Positions 10,571-19,553 of a stretch of DNA of 64,000 bases are shown in pieces. The notes under the pieces are model-generated. The model was not told where the DNA came from. It did not search any database and saw nothing but the letters and a program-made list of their open reading frames with translations. Numbering within the stretch: position 1 is the first letter of the stretch; every line of letters begins with the position of its first letter. Source of the stretch: Frankiales bacterium. Its GTDB lineage: Bacteria; Actinomycetota; Actinomycetes; Mycobacteriales; SCTD01. Both the position numbers and the translations under genes were made by a program. Location of the stretch: NCBI GenBank assembly GCA_025965475.1, contig JAOPWV010000069.1:590-64589 (forward strand), written 5' to 3'.

Positions 10571-11257
10571 TCAGACCTGGTCGGGAGGCAGTTCGCCGTA
10601 CGCCACGACGGAGAGGAACTTGATCGGGAGCCGCACCAACCGCTCGGGCCCGTGCACCCCCTCGCCGTCGAGCTGCAGCGCGTCGCCGGGCGACATCGGG
10701 TAGCTGCTGTCCCCATGCCCGTAGACCATCTCCCCTTCGAGCATGTACAGCAGCTCGGTCCCAGGGTGCTGGAACAGCGGGAACTCCTCACTCACCTCGG
10801 TCAGGGTGACCAGGTGCGCTTCCATGCGCTTGTGCGACCCGCGCAGCGCGCCCAGCAGGGTGTAGTCGTGCCCTACCCGGGTGCCTCGTTGGACGATCCG
10901 GGCCCCCGCACCGGCCGGCGTGTAGACAGCCTCACGGGCGGTGTCAGCGCCGCGGAACAGCGCGGTCACCGGCACTTCGAAGGCGTCCGCCAGCCTGGCG
11001 ACCGTCGTCAGACTGCAGGAGATGGAGGCGTTCTCGATCTTGGAGAGCATCGCCTTCGACACGCCGGTCCGGACCGCCAGGTCCGCCAACGTCAGACGCG
11101 ACGACAGGCGCAGGCGCCGCACCTCGTTCGCGATGGCCCGCTCGAGGCGACGTTCCTCGGGGGGGCGCTCCTCGATCTCGCGGGCGGCGGGGCCATGTCC
11201 GGTCGTCTGCTCGCGGTGCGGGGCCGCCTTCTCACGCGAGCCGCCCATGGAAGGCAT
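10571..11257 (-). CDS. XRE-family HTH + cupin transcriptional regulator
   Basis: LTLADLAVRTGVSKAMLSKIENA HTH; FQHPGTELLYMLEG cupin; start at ATG 11257 or 11248. Confidence 0.88.
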   Translation of the reverse strand: MPSMGGSREKAAPHREQTTGHGPAAREIEERPPEERRLERAIANEVRRLRLSSRLTLADLAVRTGVSKAMLSKIENASISCSLTTVARLADAFEVPVTALFRGADTAREAVYTPAGAGARIVQRGTRVGHDYTLLGALRGSHKRMEAHLVTLTEVSEEFPLFQHPGTELLYMLEGEMVYGHGDSSYPMSPGDALQLDGEGVHGPERLVRLPIKFLSVVAYGELPPDQV

Positions 11258-11330
11258 CGTAGAGCCAGGGCGTCCCTCGCGGTGACCGGCACGCGGAGCA
11301 ACGTCGGTTCGCCGGGGCTGACCCTTCGTG

Positions 11331-12584
11331 TCAGCCGCCGTCGGACACGAGAAGGGCCTCCAGACAGTCGGCCAGGGCAACCGCACCGCGTTCCGCGTCC
11401 TCGTCCTCGACGTACTCCTCAGGAGAATGCGATACACCGGTCGGGTTCCGTACGAAGAGCATGGCCGTCGGCACGTGCGGAGCGAGGACGCCGGCGTCGT
11501 GCCCTGCGCCCGTCTCGAGAACTGGAGCATGAGGTAGTACCGCGGACAGGCGCTGGCGCAACGGGCTGCTGAAGTGGACGGTCCCGCTGTACGACTCCTC
11601 GCTCAACGACGCCGTACAGCCCTCCTCGGCGGCGATGACCCGCGCCCGGGCGTGCAGGTCCTCGACGAGCGCAGCAGTCGCCGCGTCGTCCGGATGCCGG
11701 ACGTCCAACCAGAGGTCGACCCGCGAGGCGATCACGTTCGTGCCCCCTGGGACGGGCGCGACCCGCCCCACCGTGGCCCTCGCCCCCTTCTGGGCGGCTG
11801 CACCGTCACGGATGGCGACGATGGTTCGCGCAGCCGCGACCATGGGGTCGCGACGGTCGGCCATGAGCGTCGTTCCCGCGTGGTTCCCCTGGCCGGAGAC
11901 GGTGAGCTTCCACCGGCCATGACCAAGGATCGACGACCCGACAGCAACCGGCTCGCCGACATCGATGAGGCTGCGCCCCTGCTCCACGTGCAGCTCGACG
12001 AACGCCCCTATCCGTCGCAGGGCCTCGTCGTCACGACCCAGACGGTCGGGGTCGACACCCGACGCGGCGCAGACGTCGGCGAACGTGTCCCCCTGTTGAT
12101 CGCGAAGGTTCCGCGCGCGGTCCGGGTCGATCGCACCGGCCATCAGGCGCGAACCCAGGCAGGCGACGCCGAACCTCGAACCCTCTTCCTCGCCGAAGAC
12201 AGCGATGGCCAGCGCCCGGCGGGGGGTGGTGCCCCGCGTCACCAGGTGGTCCACGGCGGCGAGCGCGGAGGCGACTCCGAGAGGACCGTCGAACTGTCCG
12301 CCACCCGGTACGGAGTCGAGGTGGCTCCCCGTCACGACAGAACCCTCCAGGGGATGTCCCCGGGGATTCCACCAGGCCCAGATCGTCCCGTTGCGGTCGG
12401 TGGTGACCTCGAGGCCGCGCGCCGAGGCGGCTCCGGCAAACCACTGCCGGAGGTCCTGCTCGGCGGTCGAGAACACGGGCCGCGAGTAGCCACCGCGGAC
12501 CGGATCGATTCCGGTGGAGGCGATCTCCCGAAGAAGACCGGCCGCCGAGCCGGAGCCGGGCGCGCGGATCGGGCCCTCAGGCAT
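11331..12584 (-). CDS. M20 Zn amidohydrolase ('allantoate amidohydrolase', type found in actinobacterial hut clusters)
   Basis: GSHLDSVPGGGQFDGPLG, EEEGSRF, ELHVEQG, NHAGTT, GAGHDAG, GVSHSPEE. Confidence 0.88.
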   Translation of the reverse strand: MPEGPIRAPGSGSAAGLLREIASTGIDPVRGGYSRPVFSTAEQDLRQWFAGAASARGLEVTTDRNGTIWAWWNPRGHPLEGSVVTGSHLDSVPGGGQFDGPLGVASALAAVDHLVTRGTTPRRALAIAVFGEEEGSRFGVACLGSRLMAGAIDPDRARNLRDQQGDTFADVCAASGVDPDRLGRDDEALRRIGAFVELHVEQGRSLIDVGEPVAVGSSILGHGRWKLTVSGQGNHAGTTLMADRRDPMVAAARTIVAIRDGAAAQKGARATVGRVAPVPGGTNVIASRVDLWLDVRHPDDAATAALVEDLHARARVIAAEEGCTASLSEESYSGTVHFSSPLRQRLSAVLPHAPVLETGAGHDAGVLAPHVPTAMLFVRNPTGVSHSPEEYVEDEDAERGAVALADCLEALLVSDGG

Positions 12585-12684
12585 CGACGGTCACGTCCGG
12601 TTGCGGGGACCGCGAACTGCCGCCGTCCCCGCAGTTCTCTGGGAGGATGCGTACGTGCATCGCGCCGGGGACGAAGCGACTTCC

Positions 12685-13239
12685 ATGGTCCTTCCCTTCG
12701 AGCTGTTGACCCCGAGCGCCTGGCGCAACGGAGGTGGTGTCACACGTGAGGTCGTCGCCTCCCGGAAACCGGAGTGGCGGCTGAGCATCGCCTCCCTTCA
12801 GGAGAGCGGCCCCTTCTCGTTCTTCCCAGGCCTGGACCGCACCTTCCTCCTCGCGTCGGGCGGCGGGGTGACGCTCCACGTCGACGCGTCGGCACACCCT
12901 CTTGCCTTCGGGCAGTGCCTTGCCTTCGGAGGTGAATCCACGGTGGTCGCGGACGTTCCGCCGGAAGGTGGGGTCGGCGTGAACCTGATGGTTCGCCGCG
13001 ACCACGGCGTCGGGACCATCCGCGTGCTCCCCGTGGCGGGAAGCGCCGATATGGCCGCGCGCGGGCTCCGGGCTGTGGTTGTCCTGACGGGTGAGTTGGC
13101 ACTCGCTGACGGATCGCGACTGGCTCCGCTGCATTCGCTGGTCCACCTCCCGCCGTCGATCAGCCTCGTCGGCGAGGGGACGGTCGCGCAGGTGATCGTC
13201 AACGCATCTCACCGGCCCCCTCGTACGGATGCAGGCTGA
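12685..13239 (+). CDS. hutD: HutD/Ves family protein
   Basis: WRNGGGVTREV, WRLSIA, GPFSFFPGLDR, NLMVRR signature. Confidence 0.82.
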   Translation: MVLPFELLTPSAWRNGGGVTREVVASRKPEWRLSIASLQESGPFSFFPGLDRTFLLASGGGVTLHVDASAHPLAFGQCLAFGGESTVVADVPPEGGVGVNLMVRRDHGVGTIRVLPVAGSADMAARGLRAVVVLTGELALADGSRLAPLHSLVHLPPSISLVGEGTVAQVIVNASHRPPRTDAG

Positions 13240-14389
13240 TCAGCGGGTCGTTCTCCGCGAACCGGGAGTACCGAAAGTCGTCGGGATCGACGTTCGGCAG
13301 CTGCGTCGAACCCTCGAGCAGGAGGTCGGCGACGAGCGTGCCGACCGCCGGCGAGATCTTGAACCCGTGGCCCGAGAACCCGGTGGCCAGGAACAGGCCG
13401 GCGACCGGCGACGGGCCGATGATGGGGTTGTAGTCGGGCGTGACGTCGTACGCCCCGACGTAGGAGCTGGTGATCCGGGGGTCGGGCATGCTCGGCAACC
13501 GGTGCTCGAGTTTGCCGATGTTCTTCTCGATCGCCTTCTCGTCCGCGCGGTTGACGTAGTTGTCCGGGTCGATGTACTCCGGTGCGGCGTGATCGCTGTT
13601 TCCCACGAGCAGCTCACCGTTGGGCTCGCGGCAGAGGTACTGCAGACCAGCCAGATCCGACAGCACCGGTACCTCCGGCGTGGGCTCCCCCTGGTGGATC
13701 AGCACGAGCTGGGCGCGTTGCGCCTTGACGGGGATGTCGACGCCGACGCCGGCGGCCAGTTCAGGCGCCCACGGACCGGTCGCCAGGATGACGTGGTCGG
13801 CATGCACCTCGTCGCCGTTGGCCAGCACTGCTCCGTGGACCCAGCCGCCGGAGCCCTGGAGCAGGGACGCCACCCGGGCTCCCTGACGGATCTTGACGCC
13901 GAGCTTGCGAGCGGACGCAGCGAACGCCATTCCCGTGATGTAGGCCTCGCCACGCCCGGACAGCGGCTCGTACGCGAAGGCCGCGAAGTCATCGAGGTTC
14001 ATGCCGGGCCAGAGCTCGGCCATCTTGTCGTGGGCGATGAAGTCCACGGCGATACCGAGGTCCCGCTGCATGGCGACGTTCGCCTCGAGAGGTGCGACGT
14101 TGTTCTCCCCCACGCCCACGACGTAGCCGCACGGCCGGAACGCCATGTCGTCTCCGAAGATCTCGGTCGCCCGGGTGAAGACGTCGACGCCGTACCAGGA
14201 CATCGCGGCGAGCGACGGGGTGCCGTAGTGGCAACGGACGACGCCGCTGGACTTGCCGGTCATTCCCGAGCACAGCGTGCTGCGTTCGAGGACCAGGACG
14301 TCGGTCTCCCCGCGGTCGGCCAGCGACCAGGCGATGGCAAGGCCCTCGAGACCCCCGCCGATGATCAGGAACTTCGTCGTCTCAGCCAT
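13199..14389 (-). CDS. FAD-dependent oxidoreductase (DAO/sarcosine oxidase-like; putative N-methylglutamate oxidase/dehydrogenase)
   Basis: IIGGGLEG, MTGKSSG, YDVTPDYNPIIG, GFSGHGFK; directly after mgsC. Confidence 0.8.
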   Translation of the reverse strand: MAETTKFLIIGGGLEGLAIAWSLADRGETDVLVLERSTLCSGMTGKSSGVVRCHYGTPSLAAMSWYGVDVFTRATEIFGDDMAFRPCGYVVGVGENNVAPLEANVAMQRDLGIAVDFIAHDKMAELWPGMNLDDFAAFAYEPLSGRGEAYITGMAFAASARKLGVKIRQGARVASLLQGSGGWVHGAVLANGDEVHADHVILATGPWAPELAAGVGVDIPVKAQRAQLVLIHQGEPTPEVPVLSDLAGLQYLCREPNGELLVGNSDHAAPEYIDPDNYVNRADEKAIEKNIGKLEHRLPSMPDPRITSSYVGAYDVTPDYNPIIGPSPVAGLFLATGFSGHGFKISPAVGTLVADLLLEGSTQLPNVDPDDFRYSRFAENDPLISLHPYEGAGEMR

Positions 14390-14443
14390 GGTCTTCTCTC
14401 GTCGTTGCGTGTCCCGCGGGCCGAGGTGCTGCTGGGCCAGCCG

Positions 14444-15766
14444 TCACAGGCCCGCACCGGGAATCCAGCTGGTGCCCGCCAGCGGTACTCGTGCCATGGC
14501 AGCCGCCTCGATGGTGAGCGCGACCAGATCCTCGGGCTCGAGGTGCTGCAGGTGCGACTTCCCGCAGGCCCGGGCGATGGTCTGCGCCTCCATCGTCAGG
14601 ACGCGCAGGTAGTTCGCGACCCGGCGTCCGCCGGCGACGGGGTCGAGCCGGGCGGACAGCTCGGGGTCCTGCGTCGTGATACCGGCGGGGTCGCGACCGT
14701 CCTGAAAGTCGTCGTAGAAACCGGCAGCAGAGCCGAGAGCCGCGTACTCGGCGGCGTGGCGCGGATGGTTGTCCCCCAGTGCGATAAGGGCAGCCGTCCC
14801 GATCGCGACTGCGTCGGCCCCCAGCGCCATCGCCTTGGCGACGTCGGCGCCCGTCCGGATCCCCCCTGACACGATCAGCTGTACCTGCCGGTGCATGCCC
14901 AGCTCCTGCAGCGCCTGGACCGCCTGCGGGAGCGCGGCGAGCGTCGGAATGCCGACGTGCTCGATGAAGACGTCCTGCGTCGCCGCCGTACCGCCCTGCA
15001 TCCCGTCGACGACCACCACATCGGCTCCCGCCGCGACGGCGAGCTTGACGTCGTAGTACGTGCGCGTCGCACCGACCTTGACGTAGATCGGCTTCTCCCA
15101 GTCGGTGATCTCGCGCAGCTCGAGGATCTTGATCGCCAGGTCGTCGGGCCCCGTCCAGTCCGGGTGCCGGCAGGCGGAGCGCTGGTCGATGCCTGGCGGC
15201 AGCGTCCGCATGGCCGCGACCCGGTCCGAGATCTTCTGGCCGAGCAGCATCCCGCCGCCGCCGGGCTTCGCGCCCTGGCCGAGGACGACCTCGATGGCGT
15301 CGGCCTTGCGCAGGTCGGTCGGGTTCATGCCGTAGCGGGACGGGAGGTACTGGTACACAAGGTGTTTCGACTGGCCGCGCTCCTCCGGGGTCATCCCACC
15401 GTCGCCGGTGGTCGTCGAGGTACCGACCTCGCTGGCGCCTCGCCCCAACGCCTCCTTCGCCTGGGCGGACAGCGCGCCGAAGCTCATTCCGGCGATCGTG
15501 ACGGGCGTCGCGAGCCGCAGCGGGTACTTCGCGTGGCGGTCGCCCAGGGTGACGTCGGTGCCGCACCTCTCGCGGTAGCCCTCGAGCGGGTAGCGGGACA
15601 TGGACGCACCGAGGAACAGCAGGTCGTCGAAGTGGGGCAACCGGCGTTTGGCGCCCCACCCGCGGATGTCGTACACCCCGGTCTCGGCAGCCCGCTGGAT
15701 GCCGGCGATCGTGGCGCGGTCAAAGGTCGCCGACTCGCGGAGGCCGAGGACGCTGGGGTCGGTCAC
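14444..15766 (-). CDS. mgsC: N-methylglutamate synthase FMN subunit (glutamate synthase FMN domain, GlxD)
   Basis: MSFGALS, TTTGDGG, GQGAKPGGGG, SACRHPDWTGPDDL, DGMQGGT; GTG start with AGGAG RBS. Confidence 0.9.
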   Translation of the reverse strand: MTDPSVLGLRESATFDRATIAGIQRAAETGVYDIRGWGAKRRLPHFDDLLFLGASMSRYPLEGYRERCGTDVTLGDRHAKYPLRLATPVTIAGMSFGALSAQAKEALGRGASEVGTSTTTGDGGMTPEERGQSKHLVYQYLPSRYGMNPTDLRKADAIEVVLGQGAKPGGGGMLLGQKISDRVAAMRTLPPGIDQRSACRHPDWTGPDDLAIKILELREITDWEKPIYVKVGATRTYYDVKLAVAAGADVVVVDGMQGGTAATQDVFIEHVGIPTLAALPQAVQALQELGMHRQVQLIVSGGIRTGADVAKAMALGADAVAIGTAALIALGDNHPRHAAEYAALGSAAGFYDDFQDGRDPAGITTQDPELSARLDPVAGGRRVANYLRVLTMEAQTIARACGKSHLQHLEPEDLVALTIEAAAMARVPLAGTSWIPGAGL

Positions 15767-15774
15767 GAAGGCTC

Positions 15775-16509
15775 CTAGTACGCGGCGGAGTTGTGGGCGG
15801 CGAAGTGGTAGAGGGTGCGGCCGGAGCCGTAGCGCCGGAAGGCGCGGGGGTCGTGGTCCAGCCGCGCGGCCGTCAGGAGCGCCGCCAGCTCTGCCAGGTG
15901 CTCGTCGCGCATGGGCTTCTCGATGCAGTCGGCGCCCAGGGCGCCGACCTTGCCGCGCACGTAGATGCGGGCCTCGTACACGGAGTCCCCCAGGTCGTCG
16001 CCCGCGTCGCCGCAGACGACCAGCCGTCCCGCCTGTGCCATGAAGGCGCTCATCGGGCCGATGTCGCCTCCGACGACGATGTCGATGCCCTTCATCGAGA
16101 TCCCGCAACGCATGGACGCGGAGCCCTCGATGACCAACAGCCCGCCGTGTCCGGTGGCCCCGGCCGACTGTGAGGCGTCCCCGCGGATGCGGACACTGCC
16201 GGACATCATGTTCTCCGCAACGCCCGTGCCCACGTTGCCGTGCACGACGATCTGCCCGCCGTCGTTCATCCCGGCGCAGTAGTAGCCGGCGTGTCCGCGG
16301 ATGTCGACGGTCAGTGCCTGGTCGATGCCTGCTGCGATGGCATGGGCCCCTTGCGGCTGCAGCACCTCGTACGCCGCCGCGCTCGGGTGGTGCAGTTCGT
16401 TGTTGAGAGCACGCACCGTCGCGACGGACACGTCGATGGACACGAGTCGCTCCAGCGGAGGCGGGCCGGCGTGGTTCGGCGGTGTGGCGTCCGTTGTCAG
16501 CGGTTCCAT
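15775..16509 (-). CDS. mgsB: N-methylglutamate synthase subunit B (GXGXG beta-helix, GlxC)
   Basis: GHAGYYCAGMN, GVAENMMSG, RCGISMKG, LGDSVYEA. Confidence 0.9.
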   Translation of the reverse strand: MEPLTTDATPPNHAGPPPLERLVSIDVSVATVRALNNELHHPSAAAYEVLQPQGAHAIAAGIDQALTVDIRGHAGYYCAGMNDGGQIVVHGNVGTGVAENMMSGSVRIRGDASQSAGATGHGGLLVIEGSASMRCGISMKGIDIVVGGDIGPMSAFMAQAGRLVVCGDAGDDLGDSVYEARIYVRGKVGALGADCIEKPMRDEHLAELAALLTAARLDHDPRAFRRYGSGRTLYHFAAHNSAAY

Positions 16510-17390
16510 GCGTAGACCTTCTCGGGCTCGGGCTCGTAGATGCGGGCGTGGTCGATGCCGGGAAGGTCTGCAAGGGCACGGAACTCGGACGCCATCGCCA
16601 CCCAGGCATCGGTCTCCGCGATGACCGCGGGCTTGCAGGCGATCGCGTCGCGCACGACGGCGAACCCGTCCTTGCTGGTCACGAGAAGGGTGTAGAAGCC
16701 GTCGAAGCGTTCGCAGAGCAACCGGAGCGCCTCGTCCAGGTCGTCGCCCTGCGCCAGTCGTGAGGCGACGAACCGCGCGCCGACCTCGGAGTCGTTCTCG
16801 GAGTCGAAGGACGCCCCGTCCGCGATCAGCTCGCGGCGGATCGTCGCGTGGTTGGCGAAGGAACCGTTGTGCACGAGGCACTGGTCCGGACCGACCGAGA
16901 ACGGGTGGCAGCCCTGCGGCGTCACGGCGGACTCGGTCGCCATCCGGGTATGGGCCAGGCCCTGCCAGCCTTGCGCGTGAGCCAGGTCGTAGGTCTTCGC
17001 CAGTGCCCGGGGGTGGCCGATGCCCTTGTAGACCGTCAGGTCCGTACCCGAGCCGACCACCAGGGCAGCGGGTGCGGCGACGCGCACCGCCGCAACCAGC
17101 TCGTCCACACTGACCGGCGCAGCGAGCACGGTGGTGTCGCCCGCCTCTGTCGACATCACGTCCGGCTGTCCGGCCAGAAGCTTCCGCAGCGCCTCGGGCA
17201 GGCCCAGCGGCGCGCCGAGGAGGCTGACAGCGGCGTACCCCTCCGGACAGCGGCGCTGGTCGCCGTACACGGCCACACCGGCCGAGTCGGGACCGCGTTC
17301 GACGACCTGACAGAGCATCGTCTCCAGCAGGCCGCCGAGACGGGGGTAGAGCGCGGGGTCGCGTAGGTGCAGACCGACGATGCCGCACAC
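16497..17390 (-). CDS. mgsA: N-methylglutamate synthase subunit A (class II glutamine amidotransferase, GlxB)
   Basis: N-terminal (M)CGIVG, ERGPDSAG, HTRMATES, HNGS, ENDSE. Confidence 0.9.
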   Translation of the reverse strand: MCGIVGLHLRDPALYPRLGGLLETMLCQVVERGPDSAGVAVYGDQRRCPEGYAAVSLLGAPLGLPEALRKLLAGQPDVMSTEAGDTTVLAAPVSVDELVAAVRVAAPAALVVGSGTDLTVYKGIGHPRALAKTYDLAHAQGWQGLAHTRMATESAVTPQGCHPFSVGPDQCLVHNGSFANHATIRRELIADGASFDSENDSEVGARFVASRLAQGDDLDEALRLLCERFDGFYTLLVTSKDGFAVVRDAIACKPAVIAETDAWVAMASEFRALADLPGIDHARIYEPEPEKVYAWNR

Positions 17391-17449
17391 GGGCCGGCTC
17401 CTTTCTTCTCTTCGTGAGCGATCTCGGGCGAGCGCGATGTCCGGCGCGG

Positions 17450-18829
17450 TCAGAACGCAGTCAGGTATCGGTCGTGCTCCCACGTGCCGACGGTGGCGTG
17501 CCAGGCGAAGAACTCCTCGCGCTTGAGTGCGACGAAGTAGTCCGCGATCCCGGGCCCGGCGCAGTCCAGGGCACCGCTGACGACGGCGTCGGCGCCCAGC
17601 GCGTCGACCGCGTGCAGGAGGGTCGGAGGGAGCTCCGGGCGCTGTGGTGCGTCGGGTCCCGTTCCGGGCGTGCCGGGGTTGAGGCGACGCTCGATGCCGT
17701 CCATGCCGGCGGCGAGGGTCGCAGCGAGCGCGAGATACGGGTTCGCGGAACCGTCGCCGCCGCGGAGCTCGATGCGGTGGTGGTCCGGGATCCTCACGTA
17801 GTGCGTGCGGTCGTTGCCGCCGAAGCTCGCCCGGCGAGGTGACCAGGTCGCCCCGGAGCGCGTGGACGTTGCGCCGGTGCGCTTGTAGGAGTTGACGGTC
17901 GGCGCGAGCACGGATTGAAGTCCGGGCGCGTGGTCCAGGATCCCCGCCATGAACTGGTAGGCGATTTCCGAGAGACCGAAACCGTGCTCGTCGGCATCCG
18001 TTGCAGGAAACAGGCTGGCCCCGTCCCGCCACAGCGACAGGTGGAAGTGCATCCCGGACCCGGTGCGGTCGGCGAACGGCTTGGGCATGTACGTCGCCGT
18101 CATGCCGCGCTGCTCAGCGAGCATCGAGATCAGGTAGCGCGCGGTGATGACCCGGTCGGCCGTCGTCAGGGCGTCCGCGTAGGCGAAGTTCTGCTCGAAC
18201 TGACCGTTGGCGTCTTCGTGATCGTTCGCGTAGTTGCCCCAGCCGAGGGCGTTCATCGCGCTGGAGACGGCGGTCAGGTGTTCGTACATCCGGGTCAGCC
18301 CGCGCGCGTCGTAGCAGGGGCGCTCGGCGACATCGAGTGCATCGGCAGGCACGAGCTTGCCCTGCGCGTCCCGCGACACCAGGAAGTACTCCACCTCGGC
18401 GCCGGCGAACAGCTCCAGCTGCGCCGCCCGTGCCTTCGCGAGCATCGACTTGAGGATCACCCGCGGGGCAAACGGCCAAGGCCGGCCCTCCACGTGCGGG
18501 TCGCAGTGCACCAGCGCAAGACCGTCCCGGACCCACGGGATCGGCGTGTAGCTCCCGAGGTCGGGCATCGCGACCAGATCCGGATCACTGGGCTGCTGGC
18601 CGATCGCACCGACCGCATAGCCGGCGAATCCGACGCCCGCCTCCTGCAGCTCGGCTGCGGCTTCGACCGGGACGAGCTTGGCGCACGGCTTCCCGGTCAG
18701 ATCGACGAACACCGCCAGCAGGAAGCGGACCCCGTCCTTCTTGGCCCGCGTCGCGAGGTCGTCCTGCGCCGAGGTCAGGGATGAGCGATCGGTGGTGCCC
18801 GGTGACAGAGCCGCCGCGTCAATCGTCAT
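17450..18829 (-). CDS. glnT: Type III glutamate-ammonia ligase / gamma-glutamylmethylamide synthetase (GmaS)
   Basis: KPCAKLVP, GFAGYA, DHEDANGQFE, MPKPF..TGSGMHFH, NPYLA; first gene before mgsABC. Confidence 0.9.
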   Translation of the reverse strand: MTIDAAALSPGTTDRSSLTSAQDDLATRAKKDGVRFLLAVFVDLTGKPCAKLVPVEAAAELQEAGVGFAGYAVGAIGQQPSDPDLVAMPDLGSYTPIPWVRDGLALVHCDPHVEGRPWPFAPRVILKSMLAKARAAQLELFAGAEVEYFLVSRDAQGKLVPADALDVAERPCYDARGLTRMYEHLTAVSSAMNALGWGNYANDHEDANGQFEQNFAYADALTTADRVITARYLISMLAEQRGMTATYMPKPFADRTGSGMHFHLSLWRDGASLFPATDADEHGFGLSEIAYQFMAGILDHAPGLQSVLAPTVNSYKRTGATSTRSGATWSPRRASFGGNDRTHYVRIPDHHRIELRGGDGSANPYLALAATLAAGMDGIERRLNPGTPGTGPDAPQRPELPPTLLHAVDALGADAVVSGALDCAGPGIADYFVALKREEFFAWHATVGTWEHDRYLTAF

Positions 18830-18944
18830 GTGCATCCTTCGGCCGGTCAGTGAGGGAGACGACGGGTCACGCAGCGAGCCGACGGTTCGGGCTGCGGTAC
18901 GCACCGCCCTGCCCTCCCGACGGTCATATCCTGGTGCGAAACAC

Positions 18945-18963
18945 TGTCTCTGGTCAAGAGACA
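18945..18963. promoter_or_regulatory. Inverted repeat TGTCTCT-N5-AGAGACA, putative operator upstream of glnT
   Basis: Perfect 7-bp arms in the divergent intergenic region. Confidence 0.5.
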
Positions 18964-19113
18964 ACGCGCGTCGGCCTGCTGACGCCCCTGACGGCGCAGC
19001 CTGCCGGGAGCCGAGGCCCCTGGCGACGCAGATTCGGGATTTGACGGCCATTTCAACCGCAGGTACTGGTCGACAGGTGACAAAGAGCAGCATCTGCGGA
19101 TACGGTTCCGGTC

Positions 19114-19524
19114 ATGCAAGTGTTCCGGATCAGCGAGGCCGCCACGCTGCTCGGCGTCAGCGACGACACCCTGCGCCGCTGGGCGGACGCCGGGCGGGTG
19201 CCCACCACGCAGGACGCATCGGGCCGGCGGGCGATCGACGGCCCCGCACTGGCCCGGTTCGCGGAGGAGATCGCCGCCGTCACCGAGCGGGCGCCCGCAC
19301 GGCCGGTCGTGTCCGAGTCGGCCCGCAACCGCTTCCTCGGCCTGGTCACCAACGTCAAGCGGGACACCGTGATGGCGCAGGTGGAGATCCAGGCCGGCCC
19401 GCACCGCATCGTCTCGCTGATGAGCCGCGAGGCCGCCGACGAGCTCGGCCTGGAGCCAGGGGTGCTGGCGGTCGCGGCCGTGAAGTCGACCAGCGTGGTC
19501 GTCGAAGTCCCCGCCCCGTCCTGA
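19114..19524 (+). CDS. MerR/excisionase-type HTH + TOBE molybdate-responsive regulator
   Basis: FRISEAATLLGVSDDTLRRW; SARNRF..G; AAVKST; first gene of the mod operon. Confidence 0.88.
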   Translation: MQVFRISEAATLLGVSDDTLRRWADAGRVPTTQDASGRRAIDGPALARFAEEIAAVTERAPARPVVSESARNRFLGLVTNVKRDTVMAQVEIQAGPHRIVSLMSREAADELGLEPGVLAVAAVKSTSVVVEVPAPS

Positions 19525-19553
19525 CGTTCCCGACCATCCCGCAGGAGAAGACC

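Noticed and set aside
14444-18829. Ordinary glutamine synthetase/glutamate synthase
   Set aside because: Split GlxB/C/D domains plus GlnT motifs match the GmaS/MgsABC methylamine pathway
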